Below, piece by piece: positions 37,317-47,240 of a stretch of 64,000 nt of DNA. Source of the stretch: an uncultured Gammaproteobacteria bacterium (lineage in GTDB: Bacteria; Patescibacteriota; Patescibacteriia; S139-126); NCBI GenBank assembly GCA_964493305.1, contig CAZBLW010000001.1, forward strand, positions 473,513-537,512, given 5' to 3'. How positions within the stretch are numbered: the stretch's first letter is position 1; every line of letters begins with the position of its first letter. The position numbers were made by a program, and so were the translations under genes. The notes beneath the pieces are model-generated. The model worked only from the letters and a program-made list of their open reading frames with translations. It did no database searches and was not told where the DNA came from.

Positions 37317-38363
37317 ATGATTTTAACTAGTAAAAAAATTTCTTATTTTGGACTGGATATAAGTGATTTTTCTTTTAAGTTGGCTGGGGTTATAAGTAGT
37401 AAAAATACTTTTGAATTAATCAATTATAATACTGCCAATATACCGCCTGGTTATTTTGATAATGGCAAAATAATTAAGCATCAAGAGTGTGCTAATTTAA
37501 TTAGAGAACTCATAGGTTCTGCTCAAGGACCTAAAATTAAAACAAAATTTGCTCATGTCTGTTTACCTGAAAAACATACCTTTATTAAAATACTTCATTT
37601 ACCACCCATGTCAGAAGCTGAAATTCCTTCAGCTATTGATTGGGCCGCAGAACATCACTTACCTTTCTCATTAGATGAAATTTATTTTGATTATCATGTT
37701 TTCAAAGTAAAAAATCCTGATCATTCTATACCAGTTATAATTGGCGCTGCCCCCAAAGAAATTGTTGATGATTATACCAAAATGATAAAACTGGCCGATC
37801 TTGCTCCTTTGTCACTAGAAATTGAAGCACTGGCAATCGCTAGATCAATATACCCCTGGGAAAATAGCATGGATAAAACTGAGGTGATAATTGATTTAGG
37901 TGCCAGTCGTAGTAGTTTAATTATCTGTGCCAACAATGCCGTCGAGTTTAGTTTAAGTTTACCAATAAGCGGTAACAAAATAACGGAAATTATAAGTCAA
38001 ACTTTGCAGCTATCACCTAAACAAGCCGAGACTGCCAAAATTATTTGTGGATTTGATCCCCATAAATGCCAAGGTGGTATTAAATTGATAATGGATCAAG
38101 AATTAGACAAATTGGCCAAAGAAATTAAGGATGGTCTTAAGTATTATCAAACCAACATCACTAAATCAAATAATATTGAAAAAATTATTTTAGTTGGCGG
38201 GGGTGCTAATATGATTGAATTGAGCAGTGTCCTCACAGAAAAAGTAGGCATCCCAACTGCAGTCGCTGATTTATCTGAACACATCAAAATAAATCACCAT
38301 CTAAATATAAAAAACCAAACTTTACTATCTTTAGCTACCGCGATTGGCTTAGCAATAAAATAA
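37317..38363 (+). CDS. pilM: Type IV pilus assembly protein PilM (actin-like ATPase fold)
   Basis: YFGLDISDFSFKLAGV is an N-terminal actin-like fold block. It lies directly before pilN-like and pilO-like genes. The start was moved to the ATG at 37317. Confidence 0.7.
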   Translation: MILTSKKISYFGLDISDFSFKLAGVISSKNTFELINYNTANIPPGYFDNGKIIKHQECANLIRELIGSAQGPKIKTKFAHVCLPEKHTFIKILHLPPMSEAEIPSAIDWAAEHHLPFSLDEIYFDYHVFKVKNPDHSIPVIIGAAPKEIVDDYTKMIKLADLAPLSLEIEALAIARSIYPWENSMDKTEVIIDLGASRSSLIICANNAVEFSLSLPISGNKITEIISQTLQLSPKQAETAKIICGFDPHKCQGGIKLIMDQELDKLAKEIKDGLKYYQTNITKSNNIEKIILVGGGANMIELSSVLTEKVGIPTAVADLSEHIKINHHLNIKNQTLLSLATAIGLAIK

Positions 38364-38365
38364 AT

Positions 38366-38905
38366 ATGATTGAATTAAATTTACTTTCAAATACAGAAAA
38401 AACCAACTCCAATCTTCTTTGGAAATATATTATAATTAAAACTGTCATCTCAATTATCTTGACCTTGTCTTTTGTAATAAGCGGTGTTTTATTTGGTGCT
38501 AAACTTTTATTATTGCAAAAATTTACCGAGGTACAAGAACAAGCCGCCGCTATCAATATTACTCATCAAAAAATTAACGAGCGAGTAAATATGTATAATA
38601 AAGAGATAAAAACATTGGACGGAATTCAAAATGAATTCACTGATTGGCCTTTATTCCTATACAATTTGAATAACCAAATTACTGGTGGGGTTAATTTTAG
38701 CAAAATTGAAATCAACATGTCTGAAAAAAAAGTAAGTTTTACTGGTATTAGTAACACCAGAGAAGATCTCTTGAACTTTAAACAAAGTATGGAAGATTGT
38801 GGTATCGTTACTGACATTACCCTACCATTAAATACCTTATTGAAAAAACAAAATATTGATTTTTCCATATCAGGAACAATAAAAGAACTATCGTGTTATG
38901 ATTAA
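38366..38905 (+). CDS. pilN: PilN-like bitopic pilus alignment protein
   Basis: The N-terminal IELNLL motif, one TM segment and a periplasmic coiled coil are present. Confidence 0.6.
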   Translation: MIELNLLSNTEKTNSNLLWKYIIIKTVISIILTLSFVISGVLFGAKLLLLQKFTEVQEQAAAINITHQKINERVNMYNKEIKTLDGIQNEFTDWPLFLYNLNNQITGGVNFSKIEINMSEKKVSFTGISNTREDLLNFKQSMEDCGIVTDITLPLNTLLKKQNIDFSISGTIKELSCYD

Positions 38906-39434
38906 TTTAAAACCTAAAAATAAACAAGAAAATTCTACCACTCTCAATGTAACCATTGCTTTGTTGGTAATTTTACTAGTTAGCACAGTGATTTTTACTG
39001 GTAAAACAATTTTAAATATACTGGAGCTAAATCAACAAATCTTATCCAAACGAACTGAGTTAGAAACCAAATATCAACAAGGTATGTCTCTAAAAAAGAC
39101 CAATTTGGAATTGGAACAGTCAAAGGAAAGATTGGAGAAAATAAACAATATAATTATCAGTACTGATAATACTTTAGATTTTATTAGTGACATAGAAAAA
39201 ACCGCCGCTGCCCACAACATTGAACACCAAATTAAACTACCTGATTTTGAAAAACCCAAAGTTCCATCGCCAATTACAATGCAGTTAACACTTCATGGTA
39301 GTTATTTAAATACTCTTCGCTTTATTGAAAATCTACAACACAAACCCTATTATATCAACATTCACTCGTTGTCTTTCTCTCAACAAACCAATGAAGTGAC
39401 AACAAATATTGAAGCTAATATGTACTGGCAATAA
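38898..39434 (+). CDS. pilO: PilO-like bitopic pilus alignment protein
   Basis: One TM segment, a coiled coil and a position after pilN. Confidence 0.45.
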   Translation: MINLKPKNKQENSTTLNVTIALLVILLVSTVIFTGKTILNILELNQQILSKRTELETKYQQGMSLKKTNLELEQSKERLEKINNIIISTDNTLDFISDIEKTAAAHNIEHQIKLPDFEKPKVPSPITMQLTLHGSYLNTLRFIENLQHKPYYINIHSLSFSQQTNEVTTNIEANMYWQ

Positions 39435-39786
39435 TATGAATATCAAAAAAACTTTACAAAATACCAATAAATTTTTACTTAAACATTTAAAATTACTAAC
39501 AATATTTTTTTCTTTTTTAATTGTATTAGGAATTGGTATCTTTCTTTATTTTAATTTTTACCAAACTATTATTTCCGCCAAACAAATAATAGTATTACAA
39601 TCTGATATTGCCCCGGCTACAATCAATATTAAACTGCTTGACCAAGTCGAGGCTAAATACCAAGAAAAAATAAAACCCACCAACTATAAGTGGGAAAGAT
39701 TTACTAATATTTTTGCCACTAATCAAACAAATAGCTCTCCTAACAACTTTACACCGTCCAACATCAACCCTCAAATTTCCTTTTAA
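39409..39786 (+). CDS. Small bitopic membrane protein at end of pilus operon (PilP-like position), hypothetical
   Basis: One TM segment and a short periplasmic tail. It overlaps pilO by 26 nt. Confidence 0.35.
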   Translation: MKLICTGNNMNIKKTLQNTNKFLLKHLKLLTIFFSFLIVLGIGIFLYFNFYQTIISAKQIIVLQSDIAPATINIKLLDQVEAKYQEKIKPTNYKWERFTNIFATNQTNSSPNNFTPSNINPQISF

Positions 39787-40049
39787 TCAAGCATAATTAC
39801 TTCGGAAATTTCCGCAAACTGGCTCTGTAACTGTTTTTCCACTCCCATTTTAAGAGTAATTGCAGATAAGGGGCAACCAACACAAGCACCCATCAATCTA
39901 ACTTTGACCTGACCAGTATTCTGTTGAAAAGAAACGAACTCAATATCGCCACCATCAAGCTGAATAAAAGGCTTGATTTTGGTATTTATGAATTTATCTA
40001 TTTTAGTAGCTGTTAATTTATTGTTTTTTTGAATTTTTTTGGCTGGCAT
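39783..40049 (-). CDS. NifU-like Fe-S cluster scaffold domain protein (Nfu)
   Basis: LDGGDIEFVSF...MGACVGCPLS carries the CxxC motif of the Nfu C-terminal domain. Confidence 0.75.
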   Translation of the reverse strand: MPAKKIQKNNKLTATKIDKFINTKIKPFIQLDGGDIEFVSFQQNTGQVKVRLMGACVGCPLSAITLKMGVEKQLQSQFAEISEVIMLD

Positions 40050-40077
40050 GATATTACTTTATCAGTTACTAATTTTA

Positions 40078-40105
40078 TTGACAATACCAAATTTTATGTT
40101 ATGAT
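40078..40105 (+). promoter_or_regulatory. Sigma70-like promoter of rpmA (TTGACA-N16-TATGAT)
   Basis: TTGACA at 40078-40083 and TATGAT at 40100-40105 are separated by 16 nt, about 40 nt upstream of the rpmA ATG. Confidence 0.4.
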
Positions 40106-40144
40106 ACTTATACTATCTACTAGAATTATTAATTTTAACTATTT

Positions 40145-40423
40145 ATGGCTCATAAAAAAGCCGGCGGATCAACTAGTTTAGGCCGGGACAGTGTTAGTAA
40201 GCGCTTAGGCGTTAAAATGTTTGCTGGACAAATTGCCAAACCAGGTAATGTGTTAGTAAGACAACGTGGTACTAAAATTAGGGCTGGACAAAACGTTATG
40301 CGCAGTGGCGATGATACTTTAATTGCTACCAAAGCGGGTATTGTGTCTTTTCAAACCAAAAAAATTACTCGTTTCAATGGCCAGAAAAAACTTAGTAAAT
40401 ACGTTCACGTCAAAGAAAAATAA
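40145..40423 (+). CDS. rpmA: 50S ribosomal protein L27
   Basis: [24 protein letters not shown] is a near-universal L27 N-terminus. Confidence 0.95.
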   Translation: MAHKKAGGSTSLGRDSVSKRLGVKMFAGQIAKPGNVLVRQRGTKIRAGQNVMRSGDDTLIATKAGIVSFQTKKITRFNGQKKLSKYVHVKEK

Positions 40424-40432
40424 ATCATTCTG

Positions 40433-40465
40433 AAAACACCCTTTCTTTAAGAAAGGGTGTTTTTT
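40433..40465. terminator. Bidirectional rho-independent terminator between rpmA and pyrG
   Basis: A perfect 10-bp stem, ACACCCTTTC (40436-40445) / GAAAGGGTGT (40451-40460), has a 5-nt loop. It is followed by TTTTT on the plus strand and preceded by AAAA (a U-tract on the minus strand). Confidence 0.8.
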
Positions 40466-42110
40466 AATGGCTGGTGTCTCTGTTTAGAGCTGCTTTAATA
40501 AAGCTAAAAAATAATGGGTGTGGTCGCAAGGGTCGCGATTTAAATTCAGGATGAAATTGCACCCCGACAAAAAACGGATGATTTATAAGTTCAACTATTT
40601 CCACCAAATTTCTCTGTTTGTTAATGCCAGAAACTTGCATACCGGCTTTAACAAATTTTAACCAATATTTATTATTGAACTCATAACGATGGCGATGACG
40701 TTCTACTACAGTTTTGGTGTGATAAGCAGTTGCCGCAATTGTTTTTGGTACTAATTGACAACTAAAATCACCCAAACGCATTGAACCGCCATAACGTGAG
40801 TTCTTTATATTTTGTTTTTGTTCACTCATTAAGTCAATAACTGGATGAGCTGTCTGTTGATTTATTTCGGTAGTGTTGGCATCATTTAATTTCAATACAT
40901 GACGGGCAAATTCTATACAGGCTAACTGCATACCATAGCATAAACCAAAATAAGGTATTTTATTTTTTCTAACATATTCAATTGCTTTGATAATACCTTC
41001 AACCCCCCTACTACCAAAACCACCCGGTACTACAACCCCAGCAAAATTATTTAGTATTTTAATATCTTCTTTGCCCTTCTCCAAATTTTCACTATCAACC
41101 CAGACAAAATCGATTTTAACTTTGTTGTGCCAGGCAGCATATTTTAAAGATTCAATAACTGAGATATATGAATCGGACAAAGTAAAAGATCCAGTTGAAA
41201 AATATTTACCAACCAATCCAATAGTAATTTTTTTTCTAGCTTGTTTTGGTGTTTTTATCAATTTTTTTTGCCAATCTTTTAAATCACGATTATTGGCTTT
41301 CATATTAAACTTAAACAAAATACGCTTGTCTAAATTTTGTTGACGATAAACTAAGGGAACTTGGTAAATACTATCAACATCAGGTGAAGAAATAACGTCT
41401 TCAATTGCTACATTGCAAAAAACAGAGATTTTTTCTTTACGTTTGTGGTCAAGCACCCTTTCGCTTCTGGCCAAGATAAAATCTGGCTGAATACCCGCTG
41501 AATTTAAAGTCTTCACCGCTGTTTGTGTGGGTTTTGTTTTCATTTCGCCGATTTTAGAAGGAATTGGTAAATATGACACCATAATAAACATCACCTGGTT
41601 GGGCATCTTTAATTTCATCATTCGAGCTGCTTCCAAAAAAATAAAGTTTTGATACTCACCAACCGTACCTCCAATCTCAATCATGACAAAATCAGCTTTT
41701 GATTTATTGGCCAATTTTTTTATTCTTCTAATTACTTCATCAGGAATATGGGGAACCGGCTCAACACATTTACCACCGTATTCTAAATTTCTTTCTTTAT
41801 TTATCACTGTTTGCCAAACCGAACCTTGGGTCATATAATTATCGGCATCTAATTCAATATCTAAAAATCTTTCATAATTTCCGACATCCTGATCGGTTTC
41901 TAAACCATCTTTAGTAACAAAAACTTCGCCGTGTTCAGTTGGATTCATGGTACCAGCGTCCACATTGATATACGGATCGATTTTGATAGCAGTTACTGAA
42001 AAACCACGACTTTGTAAAAGTTTAGCAATTGAAGAGGTGGCAATACCCTTACCCAAACCAGATAAAACGCCACCCATAACAAAGATAAATTTAGTTTTTT
42101 GTTTTTTCAT
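40464..42110 (-). CDS. pyrG: CTP synthase
   Basis: The N-terminal synthetase domain begins FIFVMGGVLSGLGKG. The C-terminal glutamine amidotransferase domain has GLCYGMQL and HPEF. Confidence 0.95.
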   Translation of the reverse strand: MKKQKTKFIFVMGGVLSGLGKGIATSSIAKLLQSRGFSVTAIKIDPYINVDAGTMNPTEHGEVFVTKDGLETDQDVGNYERFLDIELDADNYMTQGSVWQTVINKERNLEYGGKCVEPVPHIPDEVIRRIKKLANKSKADFVMIEIGGTVGEYQNFIFLEAARMMKLKMPNQVMFIMVSYLPIPSKIGEMKTKPTQTAVKTLNSAGIQPDFILARSERVLDHKRKEKISVFCNVAIEDVISSPDVDSIYQVPLVYRQQNLDKRILFKFNMKANNRDLKDWQKKLIKTPKQARKKITIGLVGKYFSTGSFTLSDSYISVIESLKYAAWHNKVKIDFVWVDSENLEKGKEDIKILNNFAGVVVPGGFGSRGVEGIIKAIEYVRKNKIPYFGLCYGMQLACIEFARHVLKLNDANTTEINQQTAHPVIDLMSEQKQNIKNSRYGGSMRLGDFSCQLVPKTIAATAYHTKTVVERHRHRYEFNNKYWLKFVKAGMQVSGINKQRNLVEIVELINHPFFVGVQFHPEFKSRPLRPHPLFFSFIKAALNRDTSH

Positions 42111-42112
42111 AT

Positions 42113-42556
42113 CTAAGGTTGTTTCAAAATGTTTATTTTTATAGCCAATGAACTCTGATCAGAAAATAAAATTTTAACCCAATGTTCTCCAATATTCTTT
42201 AAATGACAGTCGGCAACTTTAATATCATCCCAAAAAAAATTCAATTTTTTTAATTCATTTAATACATCAACTGATTTAACTTGGGCAAATAAAACACCGC
42301 TTTCATTGGCCGGTCTGGTAATATTAATCTGCTGTCTGTCAAGATTTTTGATAAATTCTTCTTTTTTTTGTAAATATTGTTGTTGTTTTTTTTGTTTCTG
42401 TTTAACTTGTAATTTGAAATCAGTAATACTTTTTTCATCTGCTACTTTGGCAATTTTTTGTGGAATTAAATAATTTCTAGCATAGCCTTCACTTACCTCT
42501 TTCAATTCACCTGTCCGTCCCAATGACTTATGGTTTTTTAGTAAAATTACTCTCAT
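42113..42556 (-). CDS. rplI: 50S ribosomal protein L9
   Basis: MRVILLKN...LGRTGELKEVSEGYARNYLIP is an L9 N-domain. Confidence 0.85.
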   Translation of the reverse strand: MRVILLKNHKSLGRTGELKEVSEGYARNYLIPQKIAKVADEKSITDFKLQVKQKQKKQQQYLQKKEEFIKNLDRQQINITRPANESGVLFAQVKSVDVLNELKKLNFFWDDIKVADCHLKNIGEHWVKILFSDQSSLAIKINILKQP

Positions 42557-42560
42557 GTAA

Positions 42561-43787
42561 TTATTGGTTGATTAATTCCATAACTTTATCTAACTGCGGA
42601 TCTCTATTTTCATCATAGTCCTCTCCGGTCATTGGCACAACCACATCAGGTGTAATACCTACTTGATCTATGGCATTACTATTTGGTGTTAACCATTTAG
42701 CTACAGTTAATTTAACGGCTGAGCCGTCAACAAAATCAATTAAATCTTGAACGCTGCCCTTACCAAATGACTGTTCACCAATAATCTCTGCTAGGTCATA
42801 ATCTTGTAAAGCACCAGCAACAATTTCCGACGCCGAAGCCGAACCCTCATTGATTAAAACAAAAGTTTTTTTACCTTTTAAAACTGGGGTGCCGACAGCT
42901 GGAAAAGGAGTTATTGAATCGTCATACATTTTTTCTAAGACTACTGGTTGTCCATCAACCCAATAACTGGCAATTTTTACCGCTACATCCAAAAAGCCTC
43001 CGGGATTTCCTCTTAAATCTAAAATAATATTATCAGGATTGGTGCTTAAAGCTTGAGTAACAACTTGTCGAAATCTATCATAAGTATCTTCATTGAAATA
43101 GGAAATTTTTATATAAGCAGTCTTATTGCCTTTATCTTCCCAGCTAACACTTACTATTTTAATAGTATCGCGAACAATTTCAACATCCTTAATTTCATTG
43201 TCATCTGCAGTAGCAATAGTCAATTTTACTGAACTGCCCTTTTCACCTCTGATTAAACTTACGGCTTTATCCAGTGCAATTCCTTGGGTGTCATAACCGT
43301 CAATAGCCAAAATTTTATCACCAGTCTGCAAACCTGCTCGGGCGGCTGGTGTTTCCGGTAACGGAGCGATAATGGTTAATTGTTCTTTGCGAATACCAAT
43401 CTCAGCTCCAATTCCTTCGAATTTACCACTTAATTCCTGGGTAAATTCCTCATTCACTTGGGGACTCAAAAAAACTGAATAAGGGTCATTTAGAGAGGCT
43501 ACCATACCGGCTAAAGATCCATAAAACAAATCAATTTCTTTAACATTTTCTGCATCATAATATCTTTTTTGTATAGTCTCCCAAACATCCCAAAATAGTG
43601 AAAAACTGACATCTTGAAGGTATTGTTTAGGAGCAATATCTTTATTTAAAACTTTACCCGTACCTACTTTAACCAAATTGTTGATCAATATACCGTTTTG
43701 AGCACCAAAAAAAAGACCAGTAAAAAATACTCCTAAAATAAAAAAACCTGCTAAAACAGCTAATAATATTTTTTTCCACCAACTCAT
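42561..43787 (-). CDS. ctpA: Carboxy-terminal processing protease (S41 family) with PDZ domain
   Basis: The PDZ domain has GLQTGDKILAIDG and the S41 domain has GNPGG and SASASE blocks. An N-terminal TM segment is present. Confidence 0.85.
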   Translation of the reverse strand: MSWWKKILLAVLAGFFILGVFFTGLFFGAQNGILINNLVKVGTGKVLNKDIAPKQYLQDVSFSLFWDVWETIQKRYYDAENVKEIDLFYGSLAGMVASLNDPYSVFLSPQVNEEFTQELSGKFEGIGAEIGIRKEQLTIIAPLPETPAARAGLQTGDKILAIDGYDTQGIALDKAVSLIRGEKGSSVKLTIATADDNEIKDVEIVRDTIKIVSVSWEDKGNKTAYIKISYFNEDTYDRFRQVVTQALSTNPDNIILDLRGNPGGFLDVAVKIASYWVDGQPVVLEKMYDDSITPFPAVGTPVLKGKKTFVLINEGSASASEIVAGALQDYDLAEIIGEQSFGKGSVQDLIDFVDGSAVKLTVAKWLTPNSNAIDQVGITPDVVVPMTGEDYDENRDPQLDKVMELINQ

Positions 43788-43815
43788 ATATTTGTAATTA
43801 TATCATATTTAATTA

Positions 43816-45084
43816 TTATTCTAATTGTTTATTTATTTGTGCACCAATACCTGTCAGCTTATCAATCAAATTTTCATAACCTCTTTCAATTTGATAAATA
43901 TTTTCAATCTCGGTAGTGCCTTCAGCAATCAAACCGGCAATAACCATGGCAATTCCCGCCCTTAAATCTGGGGATTCCAATTTTTTTCCTCTTAATTTAG
44001 TTGGTCCGGTAACCAATACTCTCTGCGGATCACACATAATAATATTGGCTCCCATTCGATTTAAAAAATCAGTATAAAAGAGCCGTCCTTCAAAAATAGT
44101 TTCGTGAATCAATGACTGGCCGTTAACTTGAGTCATAAGCACAGTAAAAGGAGCTTGAATGTCAGTGGGAAAACCAGGGTACTCGTGAGTTTTTAAATTT
44201 ATGGCTTGTAAGTTTTCCGTAGGGATTACTTCTAAAGTATTTTGTCCAATTTTTATATTAGCTCCCATCTGCTGTAAAATAGCTATTGGAACTCTTAAAT
44301 GTTCAGGCTCACAATTGCTAATTTTTAAACTACTTTGTTGGGCACAAGCTAAGGCCAAAAATGATGCTGTTTCAATTCTGTCAGGGATAACTTTTATTTC
44401 ACCATTACTTAAATAATCAACCCCATCAATTTCTAATACACTAGAACCAATTCCTTTTATTTTTGCTCCCTGTTGATTGAGATACTCGGCCAAAGCAACC
44501 ACTTCTGGCTCTTGAGCAACATTAATCAAACGGGTTGTGCCCTTAGCTTTAACCGCTGCCAACAATAAAGTCTCGGTACCGGTAACAGTTATCTGGGGAA
44601 AAATAATATCGGCCCCAATTAATCCATGTGAACTGAAGGTATAAAACTTATCGTCCATCGCTACTTTAACACCCATTTTTTTAAAACCCTCAATAAACAT
44701 ATCAATGGGTCTTTTGCCAATAGTACAACCACCGGGATGAGGAAATTTTATTAAATTATATTTCGCCAGCAACGGTCCCAATAAAAGTATGGAGGCACGA
44801 AATTTGCTGACCAAATCCATATTTAAATTTTGCGGATCAAATTCTTTTGGATTTAATTGGTAGTTATTGCTCTCTAATTTATTAACCTTAACTCCCAAAT
44901 CAACCAGGACTTCCAATAAACGATTAATATCTTCAATTTCAGGAACATTCTTGATTGTCATAACTTGATCAGATAGCAAAGAAGCAACCATTACCTTGGT
45001 CGCCATATTTTTTGCTCCAGAAACTGTTATTGTGCCATGCAAATTACTACCGCCCTGAATTATATATTTTGGCATATTTGTCAT
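43816..45084 (-). CDS. murA: UDP-N-acetylglucosamine 1-carboxyvinyltransferase
   Basis: IQGGSNLHGTITVSGAKN and the active-site HPGGCTIGKRPID match the EPT fold. Confidence 0.9.
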   Translation of the reverse strand: MTNMPKYIIQGGSNLHGTITVSGAKNMATKVMVASLLSDQVMTIKNVPEIEDINRLLEVLVDLGVKVNKLESNNYQLNPKEFDPQNLNMDLVSKFRASILLLGPLLAKYNLIKFPHPGGCTIGKRPIDMFIEGFKKMGVKVAMDDKFYTFSSHGLIGADIIFPQITVTGTETLLLAAVKAKGTTRLINVAQEPEVVALAEYLNQQGAKIKGIGSSVLEIDGVDYLSNGEIKVIPDRIETASFLALACAQQSSLKISNCEPEHLRVPIAILQQMGANIKIGQNTLEVIPTENLQAINLKTHEYPGFPTDIQAPFTVLMTQVNGQSLIHETIFEGRLFYTDFLNRMGANIIMCDPQRVLVTGPTKLRGKKLESPDLRAGIAMVIAGLIAEGTTEIENIYQIERGYENLIDKLTGIGAQINKQLE

Positions 45085-45156
45085 AAACTTATATTTATTG
45101 TAAATTATCTTTAACTTTTATTCAAGCTAAGAAAAAGATGCTATAATAAATCCAAT

Positions 45157-46560
45157 ATGACATTAAGGACAAGACGTTTTATTTATTTATTATTTGTGAC
45201 TTTCTTCCTGATTACCGCCCCTCTGGTAGTTTTATATACTACTGGTTATCGTTGGAATTATTATAAAAATAAGGTAGATAAAATAGGAAATTTAGTTATT
45301 AGAACATTTCCTAAAAAGGTCAATATTAGTCTGAATGATAACCTGGTAGAAAAAACAACGCCCTGGCGCTTTAATAACCTTTTACCCAATAAATATCAGA
45401 TTAAGATAACCAAAGACGGTTTCTCTTCTTGGGAAAAAAATTTAAACGTCAACTCGGGCGAAACTACGTTTGCGGAACATATTTATTTATTTAAAACCGA
45501 ACCTAAGCTAATAAATCTTGTAAATCAGGTTGATTTTTGGACTTACAACGAACAACAAAATATTTTAATTTACCAAAAAAACAATCAACTCAAACTTTTA
45601 AATTTAAACAATAATTTAGAACAAATTATCACTGACAATAATCTCCCTATTCTTGATTATAACTGGTCAAATAATTATCAAAATTTATTATTAACTACTT
45701 TAGATAGTTATTTATATTGGCGACTGTCTGACCCGAGTAAAGTAAATATTATCCCTACCAATATAAAAAATTCAATATCTGAATGGCAAAATATCGACTG
45801 CAAACAAATAAATGATAATGCTGTTTTATTACTATGCGCTGAACAACACAAAATATTTAATTTGGATCCTTTTACCTTAACCACCTCTGAGATTATCTCG
45901 AGCCCCATAAATCAAATTATTGATTTTTATTTTGCTAATAATTTATTTTTCTATTTAGAAAAAAATCAAGTAGACAATAATATTTATTTACGTATTAAGC
46001 AACAAAATTTAACCACTGAAGTTTTCCCCGATTATTTATTACCCTTCTCAGAAAAATATAAATTTATTGACATTAAAAACCAACAAGCCACTATTTTGGA
46101 CCAAAAAAATAAAAAATTATATTTATTGAACCTGACAAAAGACGAAGCCGGTTTTAACAACTCCTCAAAAATCTACAATGATATTGAGCAGGCCTTTTTT
46201 GCCAGTGATGGTACTTTGGTTTTTTATAATCCTTGGGAAGTCTGGATAGAACGTAATAATTATGCCACTTTAATCACTCGCCAATCAGAACCAATCACTT
46301 CAGTTAAATGGTATAATTCCAACAATCACTTATTACTAGTAGAAAAAAACCACCTGGCAATGATTGAATTAGATGAACGTGATCGTCGTAACATTGCACC
46401 GCTGATAAATATGACTAACATAAAAAAAGCCAGTTTTGATAAAACTGGAAATAATTTATTTTTTAGTGCCGAAAATACAACCAACCAAAAAGACGATATT
46501 TTTATGACTGAAATTCTTCCCAAAGAGACTGATTTCTCTTTGCCCAATCTGATGCCATAA
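45157..46560 (+). CDS. Membrane-anchored PEGA-domain protein with C-terminal beta-rich domain, hypothetical
   Basis: An N-terminal TM segment is followed by a PEGA-like block, VIRTFPKKVNISLNDNLVEKTTPWRFNNLLPNKYQIKITKDGF. Confidence 0.5.
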   Translation: MTLRTRRFIYLLFVTFFLITAPLVVLYTTGYRWNYYKNKVDKIGNLVIRTFPKKVNISLNDNLVEKTTPWRFNNLLPNKYQIKITKDGFSSWEKNLNVNSGETTFAEHIYLFKTEPKLINLVNQVDFWTYNEQQNILIYQKNNQLKLLNLNNNLEQIITDNNLPILDYNWSNNYQNLLLTTLDSYLYWRLSDPSKVNIIPTNIKNSISEWQNIDCKQINDNAVLLLCAEQHKIFNLDPFTLTTSEIISSPINQIIDFYFANNLFFYLEKNQVDNNIYLRIKQQNLTTEVFPDYLLPFSEKYKFIDIKNQQATILDQKNKKLYLLNLTKDEAGFNNSSKIYNDIEQAFFASDGTLVFYNPWEVWIERNNYATLITRQSEPITSVKWYNSNNHLLLVEKNHLAMIELDERDRRNIAPLINMTNIKKASFDKTGNNLFFSAENTTNQKDDIFMTEILPKETDFSLPNLMP

Positions 46561-47233
46561 GCAATGAATCAAAAGTACCAGTATCAAACCAATCACCAGC
46601 AATTATTTTTACATCTAATTGCTGTTTTTGTAAATAAACATTATTGATATCAGTAATTTCCAATTCTCCACGATTAGAAGGTTGTAAATTTTTAGCTATA
46701 TTTATAACTTGATTATCATAAAGATATAAACCTGTAACACAATAATTACTCTTGGGGTGTTGTGGTTTTTCTTCGATTGATAGCGCTTTACCTGTTTGAT
46801 CAAAATCCACTACCCCATAACGCTCAGGATCTGGCACTGCTTTGGCAAACACCCGTCCTCCACCACGGAATGATTTAATATCGTTTGTCAGATTATCTCC
46901 AAAAATATTGTCACCAAGTATCATGGCAACATCGCCATTATCTATAAAGTCCTCACCTATTATAAATGCGTCAGCCAAACCTCTAGGGCTTTCTTGTATT
47001 TCATAAGTAAACTTAGCATTGAATTGTTTACCAGAACCCAATAAATGCATAAAATGTCCGGCATAATCCGGAGCGATGATTAACAAAATTTCTTTAATAC
47101 CAGCTTTCAGCAACGTAAACAAAGGATAGAAAATCATCGGTTTATTATAAACCGGTAACAGCTGCTTACTAGTCACTAAAGTCAAAGGCCGTAGTCTGGT
47201 TGCTTTGCCTCCCGCTAAAATAATACCTTTCAT
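46502..47233 (-). CDS. rmlA: Glucose-1-phosphate thymidylyltransferase (short form)
   Basis: GIILAGGKATRLRPLTLVTSKQLLPVYNKPMIFYPL is a near-consensus RmlA N-terminus. Confidence 0.85.
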   Translation of the reverse strand: MKGIILAGGKATRLRPLTLVTSKQLLPVYNKPMIFYPLFTLLKAGIKEILLIIAPDYAGHFMHLLGSGKQFNAKFTYEIQESPRGLADAFIIGEDFIDNGDVAMILGDNIFGDNLTNDIKSFRGGGRVFAKAVPDPERYGVVDFDQTGKALSIEEKPQHPKSNYCVTGLYLYDNQVINIAKNLQPSNRGELEITDINNVYLQKQQLDVKIIAGDWFDTGTFDSLLMASDWAKRNQSLWEEFQS

Positions 47234-47240
47234 GTTTAAA

